A DNA stretch of 64,000 nt from the human T2T-CHM13v2.0 reference genome, Homo sapiens, in assembly GCF_009914755.1 (NCBI RefSeq), contig NC_060939.1. One strand, given 5' to 3'. Each line of letters begins with the position of its first letter. Position 1 is the first letter of the stretch. A program made the position numbers and the translations under genes. The notes beneath the pieces were generated by a model that did no database searches, had not been told where the DNA came from, and saw only the letters and a program-made list of their open reading frames with translations. Shown here in pieces: positions 39,706 to 52,720 of the stretch.

Positions 39706-42629
39706 AGCTAGCAAAACTTTAGTTTATTATTCATTTGCATAAAATCCAGATCCTGCACAAACCAGCAACATTTTAATGAGCACTTACTATGCTAGGAGGT
39801 GTAGGCCACGAGGCAGAAATAAAGTTGAGTGGTTTTGCCGTCAAGAGCCCTGTAATCTGAAACAGGAGACAGACCTGGAGACCGACACCCGCAGCTCAGC
39901 CCGCTCCCTGGTGAACGCCTGAGATGCAGAGCAGCCCCCGTCCAAGGGAAGTCACGGCTTGCCTTGTCATCTGCCTCCGGGGAAAGGGAACTCTTCAGAG
40001 AGAAGGAGATACTTGGCTTGGGCCTTAAACTCTAAATAAGAGTTCCCAGAAGGGTAAGGAGGGCAGAGGTCTCTGGTGTTTGCTGAGGGCCTATTCTGTG
40101 CCAGGCCTTCACTAGGCAGGCATTGCTAACTTCTCTCAGGTAAATTCTCTCACACACACCTGAGGAAGAGGGGCTCAGGCACACACAGGCCTGTCCTTCT
40201 ACTGCCCCACGGAGGAGAATTCTCCGCAGAGAACCTCCAGTGCAGACACGGGTTGGGGGTGGGTGGCCTGCACACGAAGGAGTCCCCTGTGCAGGGGGTT
40301 GGGGAAGGATTTGGTGTAGCTGCGGGTGTGAGTGACAGGGCACAGGGTTGAGGGGGGCACAAGGGGCTGGGGGTGGACAGGCAGAATGGGCTGTCCCTGC
40401 AGCACCATTACAGAGAACTCCTCTCCACAGAGGGGCAGCCGCTGGCGTGTTGAGGCCAGCAAGGGCTCAGGCCAGAAGCGCATTTTGAGCGTGCCTGCTG
40501 GCAGCATGCTGGGGACTGCCAGTCTGGCAAGTCACAGGCAGCACCTAAATCTGCTGAAGGGAGAGGGTCTCTGCAGCTCTCCTGCAGTTCCCTCTGATCT
40601 GAAATCTTGGTGCCTTCCCTGCACTAGGGCAGAATCTGGGCCCATCGCCTTCTCACCATCTAGATGATGCCTGTGTGCCTCTGCACCCGGGCCCCGTGTC
40701 CTCCATGGACTGTGCCTGCTCCACTTCCTCCCACACCTGCCTGCATCCCTCACCAACATATCACACATATTCCACTCCATCCCAGTGTGCGAGCCGGCCC
40801 TTCAGCTCCAGAGAGACCTCAAAGGGCCTGTGTCCCAGTGCTCAGAGGCACGCGTCCTGGTGAGAGGTCAGACCCAACGGCTGCTGGTCCACCACCCAGA
40901 TGACTCAGAGGGACTCAGAGGGAGTTAGGGGAGTTCCCATGAGTAGCAGCCTCTGTCACCCAGATGGGGGTGGGTGCCCACTTGGAGGGCCTGGGGCCAG
41001 GTGTCTGCAGCCTTTCAGGGCAAATGCAGCCAGGAGAGGAAAATAGAGGAGGAGTGGGGAGTCCAAGCATCTTGTTGCTCAGCAAAAGCTGCCTTTGTGC
41101 CCAGGCATCAAGGTCAGGGAGAGGAGACTGCTGCTCTGTCACCTGTCCTGGGTGTGGGGTGGCCTCTGCTAACTTCTTCCCTGGGGGAACTATAATTCTA
41201 AAATGTGTTCAAGTTTCCCAAGAGAAAGAGGGTGCTGGCTGCTCACCTCTGCTTCCTGACCTCACTGTTAACCCAACTTCTCAGAACCAAGATAAATCAT
41301 CCCTTTTTTAGCTTCTACTTGTTTTCAATTGCCTAAGCACAACCAACATTGCATTTGACCTGCACACCAATCCCAGGGCCCAGTGACATGTCCAGGTGAC
41401 CTGGGATTTCCCGAGTGGACTCCTCCCCTCTACCTGCCTCCTTCCCCAGGCGGCCCCTCCTCACCCTCAGGTTTAATGCTGCTACCTCCTTAGAAAGGCC
41501 CTCCTTGGCTGCCCTTTATGAATGATGTTTCTCAACCTTTGCTTTCACTCACTCACCCACATTACTTTCTGTGGCGTTAGCAATCACCCTGTTAATCTGT
41601 TTACTCGCATGCTGTCTGCTGAATCTTGCTAGGCTGCTATCCCATTCGGGTTGTGACCAGGGTCCTCCTGAAGCCTGGCCTCCAGGGGGCCACAAAGACC
41701 CAGCGTCTGTGGTTTTAGGCTCAGGGGCCACAGAAGACAAGGGTTTCAGAAGAATGAGACTTAGAGCTACTTGGGGTTCAGGAGGTGAAATTGAAAAGAT
41801 TCTTCTACCTGACCTTGAAGCAGAAGAGGACATTTCTGAGTGTCTCCTCGTACCAGGCATGCGCCATATTCTCTATCATTACATTTTCACAACAACCCCG
41901 CGCTGCAGGGGCTAGCTAGCATGCACACCTGCTTAAAGACCACCTGTCCTGAGCCCAGAGGAGTGAGACAACCTGCCCAGGGTCACACAACCAGTCACCT
42001 GCAACCTGAACAGCAAAGCCAATGCTCTGTGTTAGCATTGTGCCACTTCTCGAAATGTGCTGAGATGTGAACAATGCTTTATCCCAGCTTGAAGACACTG
42101 GTCACCTTATCTCCACAGCTCCTGAAGCCCCAGAGGCATCTCCGCCATCTAAAAAGTCATTCCCTGATAATCGAGCCCATGGTCCTGCTACTGCTCATCA
42201 GGCAGCTTCACTGACTCCCACCAGGACAGCAGCCAAGCATTGTTCCTTCCTCCAACTACACACATTCTTTCCTAACCCTTCCCTCCCCTCCAAGGATATT
42301 TTCTATTTCAAAATCGTTAAAATTATGCTAGTGACAATTCCATCTTTTATTAAATATAATTTTTTTCAAACTAGGAATGGAAACAGTCCCTTATTCTCTG
42401 GTTATTTGTTCAAATTTTCACATCAAAGCTAAGCAGCTGAAACACATTTTACTCTAATACCCTGGCATTTATCCAACTTGGTCCCTTTTATTTATGTTCC
42501 TCCCCTGGTATCATGACCTGTTGATACTTCTGCAAAGAGACCGGCAAGAGGGGTCCCAGAGAGTCATCCCTCCACCCCAGCTCTTCTCCTTCCAGTTGAC
42601 CCAACCCATGTGGCACTGACAAGCCTGAA

Positions 42630-42791
42630 CAGTGGTTCTCAAAGTGAGGCCCCTGGCCCACAACATCAGCATTGTTGGAGATTTGTTAAAAATGCAAGTT
42701 CCCAGGCTCCACCTAGACCTGCTGAGTTGGAAGTGGGGGCACTGCCCAGCAAGCTGTGTTTGCACCAGCCCTCTGGGGTGGAGAACCACTC
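42630..42791 (+). mobile_element. MER5A hAT-Charlie fossil
   Basis: Terminal inverted repeats CAGTGGTTCTC...GAGAACCACT. Confidence 0.85.
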
Positions 42792-43270
42792 ATCTAAAGG
42801 CTACCGAGGCCTGGGCCCCAGCCTCTGCTAATAGCTTCATCTTCTCTCTTTCTTCTTAAGCAGTCTCAGGAGCACATTTGTTCTCATTTCTCAGGAGACC
42901 CGCCTTTCACAGTTATCCCTTTGCTGCTCTCATACCTGCAAGCTCCTCCTCTCTAATCCTTTTTACTCCCAACTTGTTTCAAACACACCCGGGGGCCTCT
43001 TGTTGTGAAGGCATCTGCCCTCCTGTCCCACAGAATCAGTTCCCGCCTCCCTTCTCCTGGTGTGTTGCTTTGGCAGTGTACTTACTCTTTCTGAGCATCA
43101 CATTGCCCTTCTTAAAAATAAGAGTAATGGCACCTATTTAACAGGATGGTAATAAGGACTTACTGAGATAACATTCGTAGAGGGATGTGCTAGGAGGGTT
43201 AATTCCAGCAGGTCTGAAATTGGCCTGAGCTGCTTTGCTGAAGTACGAGACATTCTGCATCAAACTATGA

Positions 43271-43584
<314 letters not shown>

Positions 43585-44979
43585 AATACTGTTGTTTTTA
43601 CCCTTGGGTCCGAGGTGAGTTTCAGGGTAGGTTCTGCCTGTTTGTCCTCATTGTTTATGGATGACTGTGAGACTGATGTTTTGCACGTGTTTGGGGAGGG
43701 GGCTCTGATGTTAGAGCTGCTCATGTAGCAATAATATGCTTATGTGACCAGAAGGCTGCAAAAAGCCCCACTGTGACTCCACTGGGCTGCTTGGATCTGA
43801 GGTGTTCCTTCCTTGCATGGGTATGTGGTTCTGAGAGAGAAAACACATCTGGCTCAGGCCTGCAGAGGGAAGACCATTGGAGGCAGCCCGTATCGGCCTC
43901 AGTGTGTCCACACTGCTTGCTGTGAGGCAGCCTTTGGATGCAAGGCAGGTCCTTGCCTTCATGCTTGTTGCTCTATCACATCCCTTCTTGTCAATAAACC
44001 ACAGACTTGTGAGCACTGTCCTTCTGGGCCCTGTGAGTCTTCTTTAGCAATCGAATCTGTCTGACTGCGCTGTTAGTGGAAGTGACGTTACAGTTATGTT
44101 TCCCTCTGCATTGTTAACAAAGAAAATTCCCCGTTGAACCGCTCACAATAATTGCTGTCCACTTCTTTCTTCATCACTTACTGCGTTCTCTGCACTCTCC
44201 TATCCCCTGCCTACATCTGGATTCCATCCCTACCACCTGACTGAAACCACAGCCACAGAAGTCACCCCCTGCTAATGACGGAATCACTGACCTTCTAGCT
44301 CTTAGTTAACACAGTGGTCATGCTGCCACTGTGAACTCTTCCTTATACATGGCACCATCGTCCTTCATCTCCCCACGACTTCAGTTTGTCTCACTGATTC
44401 CTTTTCCAACAAACTATGGGTATTCTCCCAACTTTGTGCTTGGCTTGGCTCTTTCTGTTGGATAACTGATTTATACTCACTAAATATTCATAACACCTGT
44501 GTTCGGGTGACTCCCAAGTGGCCCTCTCTAGTCTTGTTCTCTTTTCCACCCTTTGCCCTGCTCTCTGATGGGATGTGCACTTATACGTCTCACAGGTACC
44601 TCAGATTTCTTAGAACCAAACCTGCCTTCCTTGCAAAACTTACCTGTTCTTCAAGTCAGTCAAGACTGAAAAATTGAATTCTCCCTTGACTTCGCCCTCT
44701 CCATCTCAATGAGTTCTGAACTTCAGATCTCTTTCTCTGTGAATCAGTCTTTCTCTTTTCCTCTATCTCTTTCTCTGTATCTCTCACTCCTCACCTCTTC
44801 TCCCCAATTCGGGCAATCATAAAATCATGATATTCATAGAGAATGGCCTTTTTCTGCTTTCCTTGTCCCTTGTATAGATGCCACTATCACAGGCCACCTG
44901 ATATCATTCAGTGGTGTAAGAATATGTCTTGAGGATTTTCCTCTGAGCCCCCAAACCTTTCTAACTCAAAGGTGTGATG

Positions 44980-45645
44980 AGAAAAAGATACCTGCATCAT
45001 AGTCTCAAAGTATCTCCTGCAAGATATTTACTAATGACAAATGGAAAAATGGTAACTTTGCACTAGAGAAACCTGACAGATAGCACCTTAGTCAAGGGAC
45101 CAAGGTCAACATGCCAGTATAAGACATATCAATAGCATGTGCACCAGCACAGAAACAAGCAGAGCACATCAGCCGTCTCCTTCCCTGTAGTGCACAGCCT
45201 CACCTTGATCTAGTTGTGAGAAAATATTAGACAAACCCAAATGGAAGGTCATTCTACCAAATAACTGACCAGTTCTCTTCAAAAGTATAAGGGTAATGAC
45301 AAGGAAAGACTCAGGAACTGTCGCAGATTAAAAGCGACTAATGAGACATAATAACCAAATGCAGGGTAGGACCTAGATTGGATTCTAGAACAGAAAGAGG
45401 ACATTAGTGAGAAAAGTAGTGAAATTTTTGTAATGATGTTGGTAGAATAGTTAACACGGTTGTGTCAATGTTAATTCTCTGGTTTTGATAATAGTACTGT
45501 GGTTTCGTAAAGTGTTAACATTTGGAAAAACTCGGTGAAAGGTAAATGGGAACTCTAAACTTTTTACAATTTTTTCCTAACTTAAAAAATTATTATTTAA
45601 AGTTATTATAATTTAAAAATATATTTAAAATAAAAAGTTTAAAAA
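44980..45645 (+). mobile_element. Old L1ME/MC 3' UTR
   Basis: AAAGTATCTCC...GGTAACTTTGCACTAGAGAAACCTG and terminus AAAATAAAAAGTTTAAAA. Confidence 0.65.
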
Positions 45646-48495
45646 GATGACACAAATGATCAATATCTGGAATGAAAAAGGAATATTGGCCCTGGAGGCA
45701 TCAAAAGGATAATATGGTAATATTATGAACAATTCTACATATATAAATTTAGCAACTTAGATGAAATGGACCAATTCCTTGAGAAGCCCAAACTACCTTA
45801 ATTAATCTAATATGAAACCGGTCATTTGGATAGTCCTACAACTATGGAAAATTAAATTCAGAATTTAAAAGCCTCCTCCAAAGAAATGTCCAGGCCTAGA
45901 TGGTTTCACTGGAGAATTCTACCAAACATTTAAATATGAATTAACACCTATTCTACTGTCTCTTCCAGAAAATAGAAGAAATGAAAACACTTTCCGACAC
46001 TTCTACGAAGCCACAATTACTCTCATACCAAAACCAGACAAACCCAATGTAAACAAATAAAACTATAGACCAATATCCCTCATGAATATAGATGCAAAAA
46101 TCTTTAACAAAATATTACTGATGGGATTCATCAATATTGAAAAGTAATTATATACCATTATTAAGTGGGGTTCATTTCAGAAATGTAAGTCTGGTTTGAT
46201 CTTCAAAAATCAGTCAATGTAATCCACCATATTAACAGACTAAAAAGAAAAATCACATGATCACATCAGTTGATGAAGGAAAAAAATTCATAAAATTCAA
46301 CATCCCCTTCATGAAATAAGAATAGAATACTTTCAACTTAACAAAGAGCATTCACAAAAAACCTACAGCTAACATCATATTTAATGGTGAAAGAATGGTT
46401 TTCCCCTAAGATTGGGAACAAGCAAGGATGTCTGCTCTCATCACTCTTATTCAGCATAGTGCTGGATATTCTTGCCAGTGCAATCAGGTAAGAGAAGGAA
46501 ATGAATGGCATGTATATTAGAAGAAAAGGAGTAAAACTTATTTGCAGATGACAAGATGTCTAATGCAGAAAACCTCAAGGACTCTGAAAACTTTTAGAAC
46601 TAAGAAGTGACTACGGCAAGGTCACATGACACAAGGTCAACATAAAAATCAGTTGTATCTCTCTGTAATATCAATGAACATGTGGACACTAACATTAAAA
46701 ATGTAATTCTATTTATAATCATTCAATAAAAATAGTTATAAATCTAACAAAATATGCATAGGACTTGTATGCTGAACACCATAAAACATTAAAGATATAA
46801 AAATCTACTAATTAAATAAATGTAGAAACATACTGTGTCCACAGATTGAAAAACTCAATACACTAATGATGCCAATACTCCCCAAATTGATGTATAAATT
46901 GACAGACAATTCCTGTCAAAATTCAGCAAGATTTTTAATAGATATGGACAAAGTTATTGTAATATTTATATGGAGAGGTAGAAGAATTAGAATAGTTAAA
47001 ATAATTTTGAAAAAGAAGGATAAAGTGGGAAGAATCAATCTAGCCAATTTTAAGGTTTACCATATGACTACAGTAATGAAGACTGCAGTACTGGTGAAGG
47101 AATAGAAATATAGATTGAAGGAACAGAATAGAGAACCCGGAACTGATTTTTGACAGAGGTGAAAAAGCAACTTGACAGAGGAAAGATGGTCTTGGCAACA
47201 AATGGTGCTGGAACAAGGGACAGGCATAGGCACAAAAAACAAGAAAAAAAGAAAGAAAGAAAGAAAGAGACTTGACCTAAGTCTCATACCTTGTATACAG
47301 TAAAAATTAACTTAAAATGGATCACAAACTTGAATGTAAAATATAAGACTACAAAACTTTTTGAAAATAAACATACGAGAAAATCTTAGGGATTTAGGGT
47401 TAGGAAAGAAGTCGTTACTAGACTTCATACCAAAAGCATGATCCATAAAAGTAAAAATTGATAAACTTGAACTTTTTGTTCTGTGAAAGAGAGTAAAAAG
47501 ACCAGCTACTGACTGGGAGAAAATATTTGCAAACCATGTATCTGACAAAGGACTACTATCTAGAATATATAAAGAATTCTCAAAACTCAACAGTTAAATC
47601 CATTAGAAAATTGGCAAAAAAACCACAAAGAGACATTTCACTGAAGAGAAGGTATATATGACAAATAAGCACATAAAAATGTTCAACAACCTTAGCCATC
47701 AAGGAAATGCAAATTAAAACACAATGAGTTATCATTACACATCTATCAGAACAGCAAAAATAAAAAACAGTGACAACACCAATAGTTGACAAGGACGCAG
47801 AGAAACAGATCACTCACATGCTGTTTGTGGGAACGAAAATGACACAGCCACTCTGGAAAGCAGTTTCTCCTAAAACTAAACATAAAACTACCATGCAACC
47901 CAGCAACTGGATTCCTGAGCACTTATCCTAGAGAAATGGAGTCTTAACATTCACCCAAACACCTTTATAAGGATGTTCATAGCAGCTTTCTTCATAATAG
48001 CCTGGAACCAGAAATGATCCAGAACCCTCAAGGAGTGAATGACTAAACAAACTGTGGAATGCCCATACCATGAAATACTACTCAGTAAGGAAAAGGAATG
48101 AACTCTTGATAACCACAACAACTTGGATGAATATCCAGGGAATTATTCCAAGTAAAAAAAAATCCCCAAATTACATATTATATGATTCCATTGATATAAC
48201 ATTATTACAATACAAAATTGTAGAAATGGAGACAGATTAACGGTTGCCAGAGGTTAAGAATGAGGTTGGGTAAGTGACTGTGGATATAAAGAGCAGCACT
48301 GGGGAACCTTGTGGGATGGAAATGTTCTACATATTGACTACATCAACATTAATGTCCTGGTTGTGATATTGGACCATAGTTTTGCACAATGCTACCATTG
48401 GGAGAAAACAGGTAAAGGGGACACTGGAACTCTATTATTTCTTACAACTGCAGATCAATATACAATCATCTCAAAATAAAATGTTTAATTAAAAA
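45646..48495 (+). mobile_element. L1MC1-like LINE (~2.8 kb, 5' truncated)
   Basis: Decayed ORF2 (AACTATAGACCAATATCCCTCATGAATATAGATGCAAAAATC) and L1MC1-type end TTCTTACAACTGCA...CTCAAAATAAAATGTTTAATTAAAAA. Confidence 0.85.
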
Positions 48496-48828
48496 CATAC
48501 TTTGCCCACTCCTGGAGACCCTTTACAGCTCTTCCTTAAATACTGATTTTTCCTTAAGTACTGCCTGTATCAGGGCACTACTGTCACTGAACATTTTGAG
48601 GCACTTTTTTTTTTTTATCTTACCAAGTCTCTGCCTAGCTTTATTGGGCTTTCACATCTTGACCTGTGCCGACCTATTTCTCAAATATACCTATTTGAGT
48701 TACGTAAGTTCTGAATTTTTGTTACAGTCACTCACAGCAGTTTAATCTGGACAAATCATGGACTCTGCCAATTTCTGTTTCCTCATCCACTTCCTTGCTG
48801 TTCACAGAGCTACTTTAATTAAAGATAT

Positions 48829-49156
48829 CTCTTTAATTAAAGGTACGGTGAAAATTCAGACATATAATGTCCCCAGTGTTCCCCCTCAAAAACATTATCC
48901 AGAAAGAAAATGAAGTCAGACCCTATGCTGACTTCTAGCCAAGGCCATTGCAAGCTGACGGTTCACAAGATGCACTCTTCTGGAGATCTGTCCTGGAATA
49001 TTCTGTAACATTGACATGACTGCCATAATTTGCAGAAGCAAAGTTCTATTCTTCCTCTTAAAACTCCTAAACAGTGTTTATTTTATGAAAATTCTCAGGG
49101 TGTGATCAAAGAAAACCCCCCTGGATACGCCGTGGATTTCATACAGTACTTTTGCC
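48829..49156 (+). repeat. Copy A of a ~330 bp local direct duplication (partner 50598-50930)
   Basis: About 16 substitutions and one 5-bp indel over the ~305 bp core by hand count. Confidence 0.97.
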
Positions 49157-49292
49157 CAGCTGTGTTGGCATCTGCTGGTGCTCATCAGAAATTAACGTTC
49201 TCAGGCCCCACTCAGACCTACTGAACCAGAACCCACATTTCAACTGTATCGCCAGAGATGCTTACACACAGCAAAATTTGAGAAGTGCTGCT
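49145..49292 (+). mobile_element. MER5-type fragment
   Basis: CTCAGGCCCCACTCAGACCTACTGAACCAGAAC and end TTTGAGAAGTGCTG. Confidence 0.7.
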
Positions 49293-49994
49293 CTATAATG
49301 GATATAATGTAATCCCTGGCTCACAGGGTTGATGTGAGAATTAGCAGAATACCCGGTACTTACTCTTTCCTTTTCCATCACAGTCAGCCTAGTGTCAGGA
49401 AATTACTTCCCTCTAGCCCTTCCTTGCACTGGCCAAGAAATGAAGACAACCTTTCAGACACGATCGGCCCACAGGATGGAGAAGCTCAAGGCCCTGATGA
49501 GTTGGGACCCATTTATCCTGTTCTAGTTTCCTGCAGCTGCAGAAACTCACATGAAGTTGCTGGTTAAGTGACAGCTTTTGCTTCCCACTTGAACAGCTGT
49601 TTTTTATTTGCTTCTTTGCTTTTATCTTGTAGTCTATACTCACTGTCCCATTTCCGTCAGTACTGACTTTCATCTTGTTAGATTCAGTGCACCACAACTC
49701 CTGCCTAGGACAAGCCATCTGGACTCCTTTTGGCTCTAGTTGCCCGGCCTAACCTCCAGGCAGAATCATACACTCACAGCTCTGCGTACTCACAGGACCG
49801 GATCCACACCCCAGGGACCTCACTATCTTAAGGAGCATCCCATCTCATTCACCTGCTATCTCCTCACTGGGAAGTTCCTGGAGATCAAGAACTGACACAT
49901 GCATATTTGCAACCCTACGACTTAGTGCTGAATAAAACTTAACCAAATAAATGACAATTTGATCTGTGGGCCACGAATGTTCTCACTGTGCAAG

Positions 49995-50190
49995 AGTAGG
50001 TGTCAGGGCACCTCAGCCTGCCCATCAGCTGCCTGTTTTTTATAAATTAAGTTTTACTGGAACACAAGCACAACTGTTCATTTATGTAATGTCTATTGGC
50101 TGAGTTGGCTGGTTGTAAACAGAGACCATAGAGCCTGCAAAACTTGCAATATTTACTGTTGATCCTTCATGAAAAACTTTGCTAACCCTT
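49995..50190 (+). mobile_element. MER58A-like fossil
   Basis: GCTGCCTGTTTTTTATAAATTAAGTTTTACTGGAACAC core, the same family as 540-758. Confidence 0.75.
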
Positions 50191-50382
50191 ATTCTACAGC
50201 ATTTAGAAAATGGCTAGATGGGAAGGAAGACACAGCCTCACAGCAGTCTGCCAGAGACCCCTTTCTAGGCTTAACTAAAGGACTGACAGACAAATGTGTT
50301 CTCTGTATATAGTCATTGACAATGGTGACTCCTATCTCATTAAAATGACATTCAGGCTACACTTTTCCCATCTTTACCACAG

Positions 50383-50520
50383 GACTGTCATGAGGAATTT
50401 ACAAGAGCAGAGTGTTATAGCTTGAAGGGACTTTTGAAGTCACTTAGATCCCAAACTTTCATTTTACAAATGGAAAATCTGGTCTTGAAAGTGAAGTGAC
50501 TTCTCTAAAGAGAATAACAG
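50383..50520 (+). other. Candidate non-coding exon, partly MIR-derived
   Basis: ACTTTTCCCATCTTTACCACAG| acceptor and perfect CAG|GTAAGT donor. Confidence 0.35.
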
Positions 50521-50597
50521 GTAAGTGAGGGTTTAGAGATTTGAACTCAACTCTTCTAATTCCAAATAAACTTTTTTTCACAATTACACTATGCTAC

Positions 50598-50930
50598 CTC
50601 TTTAATCAAACGTACTCCAAAAATTCAGATGTATAATGTCCCCGGTGTTCCCCCTCAAAAACATTACCCAGAAAGAAAATGAAGTCAGACCCTATGCTGA
50701 CTTCTAGCCAAGGCCACTGCAAGCTGACGGTTCACAAGATGCACTCTTTTCTTCTGGAAATCTGTCCCGGAATATTCGGTAACATTGACATGACTGCCAT
50801 AATTTGCAGAAGCAAAGTTCTTTTCCTCCTCTTAAAACTCCCAAACAGTGTTTAGTTTATGAAAATTCTCAGGGTGTGATCAAAGAAAAGCCCCCTGGAT
50901 GCGCCGTGGATTTCACACAGTACTTCTGCC
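50598..50930 (+). repeat. Copy B of the ~330 bp local direct duplication
   Basis: Colinear match to 48829-49156; the ORF track shows twin peptides MQKQSS(I/F)(L/P)PLKTPKQC. Confidence 0.97.
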
Positions 50931-51459
50931 ACACATCTGCAATCAGCGCCTGGTCCCTGAGGTATCTCTGTTGCCTCTATCTTCTATTTGTCCGTATACA
51001 TGGGATGAGGAAAGGGTCCAATAATTTTCTTCCCAATTTATATGAAATGATGCTAATAACTTATTAAACATTGTTTCTCCTTGGATTCTATGTATGAGCA
51101 CCAGGTCTAGTTTACCATGTAGTGCACACTTGTCTTATCCTGAGAGTTGCTACCACGGTATGCCATGTGTCTTGCATGTCAAGATTCTATTCAGATCTAT
51201 TCAAGATATTATGGAATGTGTTTTCTACTTTTGAAATATAATTTCAAAGAACTGTGGCTTGTGTTTAAAAATGGTAAGTTCTAATTAAATGACAGCACAT
51301 GTATAAACTGGAACATAGATACTGAAATTACATTTTTGAAGTTTTATATTTCTTGGGGAAACACTTAGGAAGTGAAAAAAATCAAGAGAAAACCATATAT
51401 ATTAAAAAACCTCAAGAATGTAAAACTGCATATGTAAAAGACTAAAGGAAAAGATGCTA

Positions 51460-52720
51460 AACTGTTTTCATATAGCCATATCTGCCACTCTATTTCTTTA
51501 TCATTCTGGGTTTCCTGCATTATTTAAGAAGACCTCTCTCAATTGAGATTATATGGATCACATTCTACTCTTTTTCCTACTATTTACATAATTGGATTTT
51601 TTTGCTCTACATTTAGGTTCAAAACCCATCTGGAATTTATTCATGTGCGTGCCTCAGTGTTGGCATCCAATTTTATTCCCTTCCAACATCATTGATTACA
51701 ACAAGATACTTATTAAATATGCCATCTTTTCCAAGTGAGTTAAAATATATCTATACTTTGATCTGTTTGCAAAATCTCTTCTTTCAGTGATTTTAATTTT
51801 TTTCATTTTTGGCACCAATACTATATTTTTTGATGAGTGTAGCTATGTGACACCTTTATAGATGACACAAGACCCCTCTTACTATTCTTCTTGAAGAATT
51901 TCTTGCTGACATTGCTGGACAGCTTGGGCTCAGTTAAAACAAAAACCTAGAGTACTGACCAAAATTGCATTACAAATACATGTTAATTTCAAAATAACTG
52001 ATGGCTTCAAATTCAGCTTCCCCATCCAGGAGTACAGTATAATTTTTCATTTATCTAGATTTTTAAGTCCTTTAATAAAAAGTCATACTTGTCATACTTC
52101 TTGCTTTTGGTATGAATTCCTATGGTAAAACATAAATATAATATATACAAAGTAAAAAAGAGATTGGGAGAAACTTCCAACCCATCTGACCAAAAGTTAG
52201 AGTTCCTAATATATAAAGAGCCTGCACCATAGAGAATTAAAAGGGAGAACAGCCTTAGGAGACAATGGGCAGGAGCCACTTCTGTAAAAGAGAGGCTGGG
52301 GACAGCTGACAGCCTGTGAAAGCACACACCACCTGCCCCGCACAAGCAGTCAAGCAAATGTGAGATGACACAAGACACTTTTGCTTTTTAATCTAATGAG
52401 ACTGTAAAACTTAAAAAGAGTTTCTAACATCCGGTGGTGGTAAAGATGTGGGGAAACAGCACTTCATACATTAATGGTGAGAGCATGGATCGAAAAAAGA
52501 TGAATCAGCAGATTTAAAAAGTTAAATTGCACATGCCCTTTGCATCACAGTGTTAGGATTTTATTCCACAGAAATTAAGAGTTTTAATAAAGAAGAAGAC
52601 ATGTGTAAGAGGCTTTCCCCTCCTCAGCATTATTTGGGATGGCAAAAGCGTGACCACCATCCATAGGGGAGAGGCGGGAGGAATTTGGACGCAGCCGCAC
52701 TATATTGTAATGAGCATACA
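51460..52720. mobile_element. Old L1ME with an inverted segment (about 51460-52100 minus, 52115-52720 plus)
   Basis: Adjacent parts of ORF2 appear in opposite orientations. Confidence 0.55.
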
